A stretch of 64,000 bases of DNA from Patescibacteria group bacterium (GCA_049295615.1 JBAQQZ010000070.1:11265-75264); one strand, 5' to 3'. Positions 1 through 9,339 are shown, counted from the stretch's first letter. Notes: a model not told the origin generated them from the sequence alone. A program made the numbers and translations.

Positions 1-28
1 GTATACCCCATCCTGACGTTGCGTCGGC

Positions 29-61
29 AAATCAAAAACTCCCGTTTGGGAGTTTTTGATT
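29..61 (-). terminator. Intrinsic-terminator-like hairpin just downstream of tRNA-fMet (A-tract / GC stem / T-tract, usable on both strands)
   Basis: aaaaactccc-gttt-gggagttttt palindrome at 34-57 flanked by A/T runs. Confidence 0.55.
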
Positions 62-137
62 TGGTTGCGGGAGCCGGACTCGAACCGGCGACCTCCAGGT
101 TATGGGCCTGGCGAGCTGCCAACTGCTCTATCCCGCG
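62..137 (-). tRNA. Initiator tRNA-fMet (anticodon CAT)
   Basis: 76 nt. Reverse complement reads CGCGGGATAGAGCAGTTGGCAGCTCGCCAGGCCCATAACCTGGAGGTCGCCGGTTCGAGTCCGGCTCCCGCAACCA. C1xA72 mismatch and near-identity of the acceptor and T arm to E. coli tRNA-fMet. CCA encoded. Confidence 0.9.
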
Positions 138-214
138 TTGGGATTGTTATCGAGGGACGAGTTGCTCCGCCGCGGCGGACTCTATCCCGCGTTAATTTGT
201 ATGCTGAATATAGC

Positions 215-1378
215 TTAGACTGGAACTTGCGTCAAGGCATGGAACACCGTCTCTGCTGCGCGTTCCCAGCTCAAGCCTTGGCTGCGCGATTTCCCGGATT
301 CGGCGATTCCCTTACGCGAGGCGTCGTCATTCATGAGTTCGACAAGTGCGTTGGTCCATGCCTTGATGTTGTCCGGCGCGAGCGTCGGGATGCTTGGGCC
401 GACGACTTCGGGCAAGGCGCCGGCGTTGGATGCGAGGACAGCGCTCGCGGCTTGCATGCCCTCGAGTGCGACTAACCCAAAACCTTCGTAGAGCGAGGGG
501 ACGGCAACCAGGTCGGCAGCAAGGAGCAAGTCGCGGCGGTCATCGTCGTTTGGCGCTTCGATGCGATGGAGACGTGACCCGCCTTCGGGGCCGTAGACTT
601 TTGCGACATCAAACGCATGCATGATGGGCGCAAGTTTCCAGCCGTCACGACCGGCGATCACGAGGTCGGTCGGGCGCATGAATTGGCCGCGCGCTTTTGA
701 CCAGGCTTCGATCAGGAACGGGATGTTCTTACGCGGCTCGAGCGTGCCCATGCATAAGATGAAACGGTTGGTGACGCCGCGTTCCGCCAGCCGGCGTTTG
801 GAGCGCTGTTTGGCGTCGGTGAGTGACTCGCCTTGCAACGAACCGAGTACGCCATCGCCGCCTTCAAATGTGACGTCGATCTTCGACGCGGCGATACCGA
901 AGTGCTCGACAAGGTCGCGCTTGGTCGCGTCGGACACTGCCAAGATGCGTGGCGCTTTCTTCACGCCACGGCGGAACAATGTCGTCGTGATACGCCGGCG
1001 CAGCAATGATTCACTGAACCATTCTGGATGGTCGAAGATCGTGATGTCGTGGACCCACGGGATCGCCGGGATCGCCAGTCCGGGCGGGATCGCACCGGAT
1101 GGGACGAACAGCACATCACACGGGCCGATTGCCAGTGCGCGGCGCAACGCTGCGCCGCCAGCATTCTGCAGCCGTACGATGCGCGTCTGTGCCGTCTTTT
1201 CGCGCAGCAAGCGCTCTTCGGCTTTTGGCGACGCGCCGCGAGGCAAGAACAACACCCACGACACGTCCGTGCCACCATGCATGATGAGCTTGTTGGCGAG
1301 CGACCGCGAGGCATGCGCAACACCGGCTCCCGGCGAACCGTCGGACGGGAGACAACGGAGGTCGATGCCGATGGTCAT
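215..1378 (-). CDS. Glycosyltransferase family 1 (GT4-type)
   Basis: C-terminal EX7E-type signature (VPSLYEGFGLVALEGMQAASAVLAS). Start moved to MTIGIDLRCLP, 1 nt after the stop of the upstream gene. Confidence 0.8.
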   Translation of the reverse strand: MTIGIDLRCLPSDGSPGAGVAHASRSLANKLIMHGGTDVSWVLFLPRGASPKAEERLLREKTAQTRIVRLQNAGGAALRRALAIGPCDVLFVPSGAIPPGLAIPAIPWVHDITIFDHPEWFSESLLRRRITTTLFRRGVKKAPRILAVSDATKRDLVEHFGIAASKIDVTFEGGDGVLGSLQGESLTDAKQRSKRRLAERGVTNRFILCMGTLEPRKNIPFLIEAWSKARGQFMRPTDLVIAGRDGWKLAPIMHAFDVAKVYGPEGGSRLHRIEAPNDDDRRDLLLAADLVAVPSLYEGFGLVALEGMQAASAVLASNAGALPEVVGPSIPTLAPDNIKAWTNALVELMNDDASRKGIAESGKSRSQGLSWERAAETVFHALTQVPV

Positions 1379-1379
1379 G

Positions 1380-2288
1380 TTATTTCCAGCTATACGTATC
1401 AAACGCCCAGGTCGTGAGCGCTTTGACATCTTGGTAGCGTGAAAAATGGTTGTCGCTGCCGAGCTCGACCGCGACGATCTCATGGCCTTGCGCGTCGCTT
1501 GTGATCTGCGCCATGCAGTAGCCCGCTTCTGGCAACGACCCTGTTTTTGCGGCAACAATCTTATAAGGAGGTTTATTCAGGTACGTCGGCAACAGCAAGT
1601 TGGTCGAGTCAATCTTGTAATCATGGCTGGGCGTTAAGCCATGGACGATGACTTCCGGAAGTTTGGCGATGGCACGGATTTCCGGATAGCTCGTGGCGAT
1701 CGAGAGCATAGCCGCGACGTCGGCGGCGTCTGCCTTGTTGTCCGGGTTGAGGCCGGTCGGTTCAAAAAACTCCGGGCTCGACAGGCCGAGGTCATGCGCC
1801 TTCTGGTTCATAAGTGCCACGAACTGCGGCGTGCCGACAGAGGTACGCGCAATGGCCGCTGCCGCGGCATTAACCGAACCGACAAGCATCGCCCGCAAGA
1901 CGTCTTCTTGCGTCAGCGTTTGGCCAGACGGGATGACGACAGCTTCTTCATTATCTTGGTCCGCATCCGTGAACACGATTTTCTTGGTGAGGTCGGGATG
2001 CATGTCGAGGAATACCATGGCCGTCATGAGCTTGGTGAGGCTCGCGATTGGCATGACGTCGTGCGCGTTCTTGGCGAACAGCACGCTCCCGCTGCCGACA
2101 TCCGCGACAAACGCCGAAGGGCTGGAGGTTTTCACGCCAAGGCTGTTCGGTTTGATTTTGATGGGCGGAGCGGGTCTCGCGGCAACGACAGCCACAGACG
2201 ATGTGCTGACGGCCAAGATCACATTTTGGTCTGGCTGTGGGCCACGGATGGCGAGCGCCGCGATGGCGCCAAAGAGCGTACCGATCAT
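1380..2288 (-). CDS. D-alanyl-D-alanine carboxypeptidase (peptidase S11, low-MW PBP), N-terminal membrane anchor
   Basis: SxxK (ASLTKLMT), SxN (GSVNAAA) and KTG (AKTGSL) motifs in the correct order. Confidence 0.85.
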   Translation of the reverse strand: MIGTLFGAIAALAIRGPQPDQNVILAVSTSSVAVVAARPAPPIKIKPNSLGVKTSSPSAFVADVGSGSVLFAKNAHDVMPIASLTKLMTAMVFLDMHPDLTKKIVFTDADQDNEEAVVIPSGQTLTQEDVLRAMLVGSVNAAAAAIARTSVGTPQFVALMNQKAHDLGLSSPEFFEPTGLNPDNKADAADVAAMLSIATSYPEIRAIAKLPEVIVHGLTPSHDYKIDSTNLLLPTYLNKPPYKIVAAKTGSLPEAGYCMAQITSDAQGHEIVAVELGSDNHFSRYQDVKALTTWAFDTYSWK

Positions 2289-2872
2289 ACGAGAGGTTGG
2301 ACTGTTGGTGATTCAGGCGCAGCGTCGGTCGATGCGGTTTCGAGGCCTTTCAGGACATCCGAAATTGCTGCGTTGCCTCGCAGAACTGCATAGTCGGGCA
2401 ACGCTTCGACACCCGCGACACCCAGGTGGTTCATAAAATCAAACGTGACGGAATATACGGGCTGGCCAAGGCGCGTGTCCTCTTTTTCTTCGATCAAGCC
2501 GCGCAACAACAAGTTACGCAAGATGAGCGACGACTGCACGCCGCGGATCTGTTCGAGTTCCGGCCGCGTCATCGGACCGCAATAGGCGATGACCGTCAAC
2601 GCTTCGAGTGACGGCCGTGTCAGCTCCCCTGTCGCTTCCATGGTGACGACGCGCGCCACGGCATCCGCGGCTTCAGGACGGGTGACAAGCTCATACGATG
2701 AGCCGTTCTGTTGGAGCATCACGCCGCTCCCCGCATCCAGCCGCACGCGAAGTTCGCCCAACGCCGTCTCGACGACGTAGGGTTTTTCACCTGTAGCGTC
2801 GCATAGTTGCTTGACGCTCATCGGCTTGGCAGCCGCGAACAGGATGGCTTCGAGGAGTTGGTCGGTTGTCAT
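2285..2872 (-). CDS. scpB: Segregation and condensation protein B
   Basis: LEAILFAAAKPMSVKQL... winged-helix ScpB pattern. 4-nt overlaps with both neighbours, directly downstream of scpA. Confidence 0.85.
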   Translation of the reverse strand: MTTDQLLEAILFAAAKPMSVKQLCDATGEKPYVVETALGELRVRLDAGSGVMLQQNGSSYELVTRPEAADAVARVVTMEATGELTRPSLEALTVIAYCGPMTRPELEQIRGVQSSLILRNLLLRGLIEEKEDTRLGQPVYSVTFDFMNHLGVAGVEALPDYAVLRGNAAISDVLKGLETASTDAAPESPTVQPLV

Positions 2873-3612
2873 ACGAATGAATGCGCCAGCGGGTCTTGCG
2901 CCGAGGCATCTGGATGGGCTTCAATGGAAATGTCTTCAAACATCTCACCTTGGGTCACACGCACGAACCGTTGCTTGACGAGTTCGAGCAGCGCCAAGAA
3001 ACTCACGACGACTTCGGGCTTCGATGCCTTGGCGCCGACGAACTCGTGGAACGTCATCTGCGCATGCTCGCGGATGCGCTTCAGCAAGCTGCCGATCTTC
3101 TCTTGGATATTGATGACGCGCTCGACCGCGGCCTCCGGCAACTTCCGCAACGGCTCGAGGCGCGAGATGACGCGTCGCATCAGTTCTGCGAGGCTGTCTG
3201 CCGTGACGCTGCTCGGCGGCGTAAATTTGGGTTCACGTTGCTTCATGGCGCGACGTTCGCGCGGGAACGAACGCAGACCGGACTTCCACATCTCGTCGAT
3301 CTCTTTCGACGCTTGGACGAACATCCGATAGCGGCGCAATTGCGTTTCGAGGTCCGGGCCTTCCTCCAGCTCTTGGTCGATAAGCGACGGCAAGAGCAGC
3401 TTGGACTTCATGTAAATCAGCTTCGCCGCAACAACGAGGAAGTCCGCCATTTCTTCGAGCGGGATGGTTTTTGCCTCTTCGACGTAGCGTACGAACTGGT
3501 CCGCAACGGCAGCCAACGACACGGTTGAGATGTTGAGCTCTTGGGACTCGACCAACTGCAAAAGGAGGTCTAATGGCCCCTCAAAGCGCTCTATCCGAAA
3601 CGTCACCGGCAC
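2869..3612 (-). CDS. scpA: Segregation and condensation protein A (kleisin)
   Basis: N-terminal FEGPLDLLLQLVESQELNISTVSLAAVADQF, typical of ScpA. Confidence 0.85.
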   Translation of the reverse strand: MPVTFRIERFEGPLDLLLQLVESQELNISTVSLAAVADQFVRYVEEAKTIPLEEMADFLVVAAKLIYMKSKLLLPSLIDQELEEGPDLETQLRRYRMFVQASKEIDEMWKSGLRSFPRERRAMKQREPKFTPPSSVTADSLAELMRRVISRLEPLRKLPEAAVERVINIQEKIGSLLKRIREHAQMTFHEFVGAKASKPEVVVSFLALLELVKQRFVRVTQGEMFEDISIEAHPDASAQDPLAHSFV

Positions 3613-3626
3613 ACGGAAAGTATACC

Positions 3627-5018
3627 TTAACCTTTCTTGATCTGGATATGGGCCTCGTTGAGGCGCTTTTGCTCGATCTCCGACGGTGCGCCCATGAGCG
3701 GGTCGCGGGCGTCACCGGTCTTGGGGAATGGGATGACTTCCCGGATGTTGGGCTCATTGGCCAGGATCATGGCGATGCGGTCGAGGCCGGAAGCAATGCC
3801 ACCATGCGGCGGCGCGCCGTATTCGAAAGCCTCAAGCATGTGGCCAAAGCGCGCCTGGATCGTCTCTGCATCCAGCCCGAGGAGTTGGAAGACCTTGTTC
3901 TGGAGTTCGCGCGTGTGGATGCGGATCGACCCGCCAAAAATTTCGTAGCCGTTCAGCACGAGGTCATACGCATTCGCCCGCGCTTTGAGCGGCTCTGAAT
4001 CCAACAGCCCGACGTCTTCGATCTTCGGCGAGGTGAACGGATGGTGCACGGCCTGCACGCCGCCTTCGTCGTCCGTTTCGAACATCGGGAAGTCGACGAC
4101 CCACACGAACGCGAGCTCGTTCGGATCATTCTTGTCTTTGCGCAAGTCGGGCTTGTCGCTGCCGTATTGGTTCATCGAGTCGAGGTAGCTGATGCGCGGG
4201 AACGGCGTTTCGCCGATGCGCTTTTCCGGCGCGACGACCTTCACCATCTCACGCATCATGCCTTCGACGAGCGCCATCACGTCCTCTTGCCCGACGAACG
4301 ACAGCTCCATGTCGAGCTGGGTGAATTCCGGCTGGCGGTCGCCGCGTTGGTCCTCGTCGCGGAAGCAGCGCGCGATCTGGAAATATTTTTCGATCCCGCC
4401 GACCATCAGGAGCTGCTTGAACTGCTGGGGCGATTGCGGAAGGACGTAAAACTCACCCTCATGCAAACGCGAGGGCACGAGGTATTCACGCGAACCTTCG
4501 GGCGTACCTTTGGTGAGGCACGGCGTCTCGACTTCCAAAAATCCTTTGTCGTGGAGGTAGGAACGGAAAAATGTGATCAGCCGGTCGCGCAATTCCAAAT
4601 TCTTCAACATGCGCGACGAACGCAAATCAAGGTAGCGATATTTCAACCTCAACTCTTCGTTGATCCCGGATGTGTCCTCTAATTCAAACGGCGGCGTCTT
4701 CGAGGCATTCAACAGCGTGATCTCTTTGGCGAGCAATTCGACTTCCCCGGTTTCGAGGTTCGGATTCACCTGCTTCGCACCGCGTTTTTGGACGATGCCG
4801 CGGATCGCCAGGCAATATTCGGGCCGGATATCAGACAGCAAGGCGTTTGACGCCTCATCAAGCTCAGATGGGACAAGCACGACTTGGAGCAAGCCCGAGC
4901 GGTCGCGCATGTCGAGGAAAGCGATCTTCCCCATGTCGCGGCGGGTATTGACCCAGCCTGAAATCAAGGCTTCTTGGCCGACTTGGCCGACGGTTTCGCG
5001 GTTCTGGATGCGTGGCAT
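3627..5018 (-). CDS. aspS: Aspartyl-tRNA synthetase, bacterial-type core lacking the GAD insertion domain
   Basis: Motif 2 region LPQSPQQFKQLLMVGGIEKYFQIARCFRDEDQRGDRQPEFTQLDMELSF. YGSDKPDLRKDKNDPNELAFVWVVDFPMFE joins directly to HHPFTSPK. Only 463 aa. Confidence 0.88.
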   Translation of the reverse strand: MPRIQNRETVGQVGQEALISGWVNTRRDMGKIAFLDMRDRSGLLQVVLVPSELDEASNALLSDIRPEYCLAIRGIVQKRGAKQVNPNLETGEVELLAKEITLLNASKTPPFELEDTSGINEELRLKYRYLDLRSSRMLKNLELRDRLITFFRSYLHDKGFLEVETPCLTKGTPEGSREYLVPSRLHEGEFYVLPQSPQQFKQLLMVGGIEKYFQIARCFRDEDQRGDRQPEFTQLDMELSFVGQEDVMALVEGMMREMVKVVAPEKRIGETPFPRISYLDSMNQYGSDKPDLRKDKNDPNELAFVWVVDFPMFETDDEGGVQAVHHPFTSPKIEDVGLLDSEPLKARANAYDLVLNGYEIFGGSIRIHTRELQNKVFQLLGLDAETIQARFGHMLEAFEYGAPPHGGIASGLDRIAMILANEPNIREVIPFPKTGDARDPLMGAPSEIEQKRLNEAHIQIKKG

Positions 5019-5042
5019 AGATGCCGCAGCACTGTAACCCGT

Positions 5043-5771
5043 TTATTCGACGGTGCCAACCTTGACCGCCACCGACGACTCGTCCCCGTTCTTGGCCGTG
5101 ACCGTGACCTGGAGAGAGGCGGAAAAGTTGTCCGGCATGATGAATGTGGCGCTGTAGTTGCCTCCGGGGCTTTGTTGGAATGCGGTGAGGCCGGCGTCTG
5201 CAGTTTTGGTGCCTGGCAAGTTTTCTAATTTGGCGGTGGCGGAATCAGCGTTCGTGGCTTGGACAGTAACAGTCACTTTTGTCCCAGGTTTGGCACGATA
5301 CCAGCCTGCGAGCGGCTGCGTGCCTCCGAGCTCAAGTGACAGGATGTGCGGCGAATCATCGGCGATCGTGGCGCACGAACCCGCGCTGGAAGCGAGGCCT
5401 TTGCAAAACAATCCTGGCGAACACGTCGTACCAGACGTACAGGCGTCGCCAGGCTGGCCGGTAAATTCGACAGTCCCTGTTGCGGAACCGCGGCTGCAGA
5501 CGCCCATGCTGTCAGGCATCGAAGGGTCGTTTGAACAGCTCAGGCCGGGGCGACAGGGCAAATGCTGCGAGCCGCCACAATGGCTGCCCAGCTCGCCCAG
5601 CGGCTCATCATAGATCGAGGGCTGCGCGGGCTGTTGCGGCGCATTCGGCGTCGTACGCAAATGGACAAGCACGAAGAACCCAAGATAGGTGGCTAAGCCC
5701 AAGAAGAGGACTAAGCCGACGAGGCCGATGATCGCAAAGGCTTTCAAATCGCGCGCGTTGTCACGAGGCAT
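5043..5771 (-). CDS. Hypothetical membrane-anchored extracytoplasmic protein with two Cys-rich repeats and a beta-rich C-domain
   Basis: One N-terminal TM helix. Repeats CGGSQHLPCRPGLSCS...GVC and GDACTSGTTCSPGLFCK...GSC. Confidence 0.55.
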   Translation of the reverse strand: MPRDNARDLKAFAIIGLVGLVLFLGLATYLGFFVLVHLRTTPNAPQQPAQPSIYDEPLGELGSHCGGSQHLPCRPGLSCSNDPSMPDSMGVCSRGSATGTVEFTGQPGDACTSGTTCSPGLFCKGLASSAGSCATIADDSPHILSLELGGTQPLAGWYRAKPGTKVTVTVQATNADSATAKLENLPGTKTADAGLTAFQQSPGGNYSATFIMPDNFSASLQVTVTAKNGDESSVAVKVGTVE

Positions 5772-5813
5772 ATCTCACGGGAGTGTACGGCGTCTTCAAC
5801 GAAGCGTCGAGGG

Positions 5814-6863
5814 TCATGGCAAGAAAAATGCGCTGACCTGGCCCTCGGGGACAGAGCCAAGCGTTTTTGAGGTTTGGGCCGTCGGATTGAACACGGCGAT
5901 AGTATAATCAGTACGCATCAAGAGCGTTCCGTCTGGCAAGAAAAACAACGGCCTCGATGTCCCAAGCGAGATGCGCACGGCACCCGTGCTCGATTCCAGC
6001 AACGATGACTTCCCGTCATCGGTCGTCACGGCGAACGCACCGTTCGGGCCAGGGACGACGGTCAAGTAGACATGCGTTTCATCCCGCGTCATGAGCGTAT
6101 CCGTGCCGTCCGCCGCGATGCGATGGAGTTCGGACGGGCCTTGGGGCTCGCTCTCGATCCCCTGGCCCATGACGGCTGTCCCGTACCAGATCGAACCGCC
6201 GCGCGCATCGTCCCACACCATCGAGCTGGGCAATGGCGCGAGCGGCGTGACGTCACCAGCGATGCTCACGGCGTAGGCTTCGGACGTGCTTGTTGCGACG
6301 GCGGAAACCGCAAGCGTCCGGCTGTCCAACCACCCGAGGAAGGAGACATCCTGCAACGCCTGTCCGCCCGCATTCCGCAGGACCACCGTTTGCGGGCTGC
6401 CACCGACGGGCGAGATGTCGAGCACGGTCGCGCCATCACTCTTGACGTCATCCATCGCGGCAGTCGTTTTCCCATCAGGTGACGGGATGGCGGACGATGA
6501 CGAAGCGGACGGAAGATGGAAATACGCTTTCGCGCCGTTTGCCACATTTGCGCCTTCGACGGGCAACGCTTCTCCTGCAAAACGCGCGGTAAACTGGTCT
6601 TCCGTGACGCGCTCGGTCGTCGCATCCAAACGCATCAAGGTGACGGCACTATCGTTGACCAGCACGACCGTGCCAGAGGCATAGGGTCCTGCTGTTTGGG
6701 TCGAGACAGTGGACGTCCCAGGATTGGACGTTGAGGGCGGGGTCGTCGCCTTATTGAACTCGGACGAGAACGCGACCACGGCCACTACGCCCACAACGAC
6801 CAAGATGGTCGCAAAGATGGCGACGCCTTTGTTAGGTTGTCGGGATGAGCGGGTTCGAGGCAT
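5814..6863 (-). CDS. Hypothetical membrane-anchored protein (beta-propeller-like composition)
   Basis: ORF with N-terminal TM (VAIFATILVVVGVVAVVAF). ATG start chosen at MPRTRSS. Confidence 0.5.
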   Translation of the reverse strand: MPRTRSSRQPNKGVAIFATILVVVGVVAVVAFSSEFNKATTPPSTSNPGTSTVSTQTAGPYASGTVVLVNDSAVTLMRLDATTERVTEDQFTARFAGEALPVEGANVANGAKAYFHLPSASSSSAIPSPDGKTTAAMDDVKSDGATVLDISPVGGSPQTVVLRNAGGQALQDVSFLGWLDSRTLAVSAVATSTSEAYAVSIAGDVTPLAPLPSSMVWDDARGGSIWYGTAVMGQGIESEPQGPSELHRIAADGTDTLMTRDETHVYLTVVPGPNGAFAVTTDDGKSSLLESSTGAVRISLGTSRPLFFLPDGTLLMRTDYTIAVFNPTAQTSKTLGSVPEGQVSAFFLP

Positions 6864-6910
6864 GGAGAGAGGATAGCAAAGATGCACTTCCCCGACAGCA
6901 TGGGTGCGCG

Positions 6911-8203
6911 TTACGGCTCCAAACGGTTCAAAAGCCGAGGAAACGGGATGGTTTCGCGGACGTGATGGAGGCCGCAGATCCAGGCGACAAGACGCTCAAG
7001 CCCGAACCCAAACCCAGAATGCGGCACGGAGCCATATTGGCGCAAATCGAGGTACCACTTGAACGCGGCTTCGGGCAACTGGTGTTCTTTGATGCGCTCG
7101 AGGAGCGTGGCGTAATCATCTTCACGCTGCGAACCGCCGCTAATCTCACCGTACCCTTCAGGCGCAAGCAGGTCCGAATTCAAGACGCGGGTCGGGTCAG
7201 ACGGATCGCGCTTCATGTAGAACGCCTTCACGGCCGTGGGATATTTCTCGACGAAAATCGGCTTGTCATAGAGGTTCGTGAGCGTCGTTTCATCGTCCGC
7301 GCCCAAGTCATCCATCTCACCGATGTTGCTTCCCAGCTCTTTGAGCTTCGCGATCGCTTCGGCGTGCGTGATGCGGTAGAACGGTGCTTTCACGTTTTTC
7401 AGCGGTTCAACGTTGCGTTCGAGGATCTTCAATTCTTGCTCGCAGTTTTCCAGCACGCGCTGCACGATGAACGAGACAAGTTGCTCTTGGATTTCCATGT
7501 TCCCTTGATGTTCGACGAACGCGGCTTCGGCATCCATCATCCAGAATTCGATGAGGTGGCGGCGCGTCTTCGACTTCTCCGCACGGAAGACAGGACCAAA
7601 ATCAAAACAGCGGCCGACGGACGAGATTGCGGCTTCGAGATAGAGTTGGCCGGATTGCGTGAGGTAGGCTTTGCGGTCTTCAAAATAATCGACTTCGAAC
7701 AGTTCGGTCGTCCCTTCACAGGCATTGGGCGTGAAGATCGGCGAGTCGATCTTGATGTAGTCATGTTCACGCATCCAATCATATGTCGCCAGGATGATCT
7801 GGTTGCGCACGCGTTGGATCGCCCATTGCGACGGTGCACGCAGCCACAGGTGGCGGTTGTCGAGCAAAAAATCGGGCCCATGTTCCTTTTTGCCGATGGG
7901 ATATTCCGGCGCGAGCTGGATGATCTTGACGGACGTCGCCTGCAACTCGAACACGCCTTCTTGCTTGGGATGCTTGGACACGGTGCCCGTGACTTCGACA
8001 GATGACTCGATCGTCGCCGCTGTCGCTGCGGCCCAAGACGGTTCGTCCACGTTTTGTTTGGCGATGACGGCTTGGGTGAATCCCGACCCGTCACGGATTT
8101 GGAGGAACGCGATACTGCCCGATGACCGGACGTTATACGCCCAGCCTTTGACGGTGACCGTCGCGCCGACGTGGTCGCGGAACTTCGAAATCAGGGTATC
8201 CAT
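6911..8203 (-). CDS. asnS: Asparaginyl-tRNA synthetase
   Basis: FRAEKSKTRRHLIEFWMMDAEAAF and C-terminal GGSQRE...YGSVPHSGFGFGLERLVAWICGLHHVRETIPFPR match AsnRS signatures. Confidence 0.85.
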   Translation of the reverse strand: MDTLISKFRDHVGATVTVKGWAYNVRSSGSIAFLQIRDGSGFTQAVIAKQNVDEPSWAAATAATIESSVEVTGTVSKHPKQEGVFELQATSVKIIQLAPEYPIGKKEHGPDFLLDNRHLWLRAPSQWAIQRVRNQIILATYDWMREHDYIKIDSPIFTPNACEGTTELFEVDYFEDRKAYLTQSGQLYLEAAISSVGRCFDFGPVFRAEKSKTRRHLIEFWMMDAEAAFVEHQGNMEIQEQLVSFIVQRVLENCEQELKILERNVEPLKNVKAPFYRITHAEAIAKLKELGSNIGEMDDLGADDETTLTNLYDKPIFVEKYPTAVKAFYMKRDPSDPTRVLNSDLLAPEGYGEISGGSQREDDYATLLERIKEHQLPEAAFKWYLDLRQYGSVPHSGFGFGLERLVAWICGLHHVRETIPFPRLLNRLEP

Positions 8204-8284
8204 AGGAGAACCTATCTTACGGAAACAGCGCTATTTTGACAATAAAAGAGCCCGCCTCGACTGGTGTCGAGACGGGCAGACAGG

Positions 8285-9265
8285 CTAACGGTTGGAACGG
8301 CGCCGCGGCAGGCGGTCAAACCAGCTCCAGAGCTCGCGCTCGGAAGGGATGATGTCGCGGATGATCACCGAACGCCGCGCATACTCATCCACCACGAAGA
8401 AGAACGGCTTGCCATTTACCAGTACTTCACGCACATCGGTGCGCGGCATGCCGCGCAAGCGACAGGCGACCTGCTCCTCGTCACGGATCGAACGGGCATC
8501 ACGGAGCGTCTCCCACGCCCATTGGATGAGCAAGCCGAGCACGCGGTTCGACTCAGACCGGAGCAGTTGCTGGGTGACCGGTTCGCGATCCCGCAACGCC
8601 GCATTCACGCAGGCGCGGAGCTGTTCGACCAGGTGCAGGCGCAGCGCCTCACGGCCCTTGGTACGGCTCGATTGCTGGACCGACAGGGCCAAGCACATGA
8701 CACGTTCGCATTCGCGCACGTGTGGCGCGCGGAACTTCTCGATCGCCCGGTTGGCGGTTTCGAGGTACACCGTATCGTCTACGGGAAGTGGAATCTCGGC
8801 CTCGACCTTCCGCGCGACAGGAGCCGTCGGGTTCGGCTTGGGACGCTTCGCCTCATGATGGGCCGAACGCATGACCGGACGCCGTGCAGCCGCAGCCTGG
8901 GTCGCCTTGGTGATGACCCGCAATGCTCCCTTGCGGAACGCCTTTGCCGCCTTGTCCACTTGCGCAGGCGTAACGGCCTGCGCGGCAGGGATCGGCGGTG
9001 AGTGGGGCCTCTGGCGTTCCTCATGGAATGCGTCTTCCGTCCACATGAACGGAGGTTCGGCTACCGGCGCGACCGCGATCGATGCCGGCGGAACGGGAGG
9101 GACAACAGCCTCGATTTCTGACGGGGGCGGCGGACGACGGAACGGCAGCACGACTCCCATCTTCGGATAACGCCTCGGAACAGTACGAAAATCGACCTTG
9201 GGCCCGGGATGCCGGTCCAAACGGAGCGCGACAGCAGAAGGACGGTGCATGACCACCTCTGGCAA
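8285..9265 (-). CDS. Hypothetical protein, Pro-rich N-terminus and Arg-rich helical C-domain
   Basis: 326-aa ORF followed by a hairpin plus T-run at ~8245-8284 (minus). No motif recognised. Confidence 0.45.
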   Translation of the reverse strand: MPEVVMHRPSAVALRLDRHPGPKVDFRTVPRRYPKMGVVLPFRRPPPPSEIEAVVPPVPPASIAVAPVAEPPFMWTEDAFHEERQRPHSPPIPAAQAVTPAQVDKAAKAFRKGALRVITKATQAAAARRPVMRSAHHEAKRPKPNPTAPVARKVEAEIPLPVDDTVYLETANRAIEKFRAPHVRECERVMCLALSVQQSSRTKGREALRLHLVEQLRACVNAALRDREPVTQQLLRSESNRVLGLLIQWAWETLRDARSIRDEEQVACRLRGMPRTDVREVLVNGKPFFFVVDEYARRSVIIRDIIPSERELWSWFDRLPRRRSNR

Positions 9266-9339
9266 AACCCCACACGTCAGAAGGACGTATGGAGCGGGTT
9301 AAAGGAACACTGCCACTATCCAGCCTTTTAGGGCTTCTG

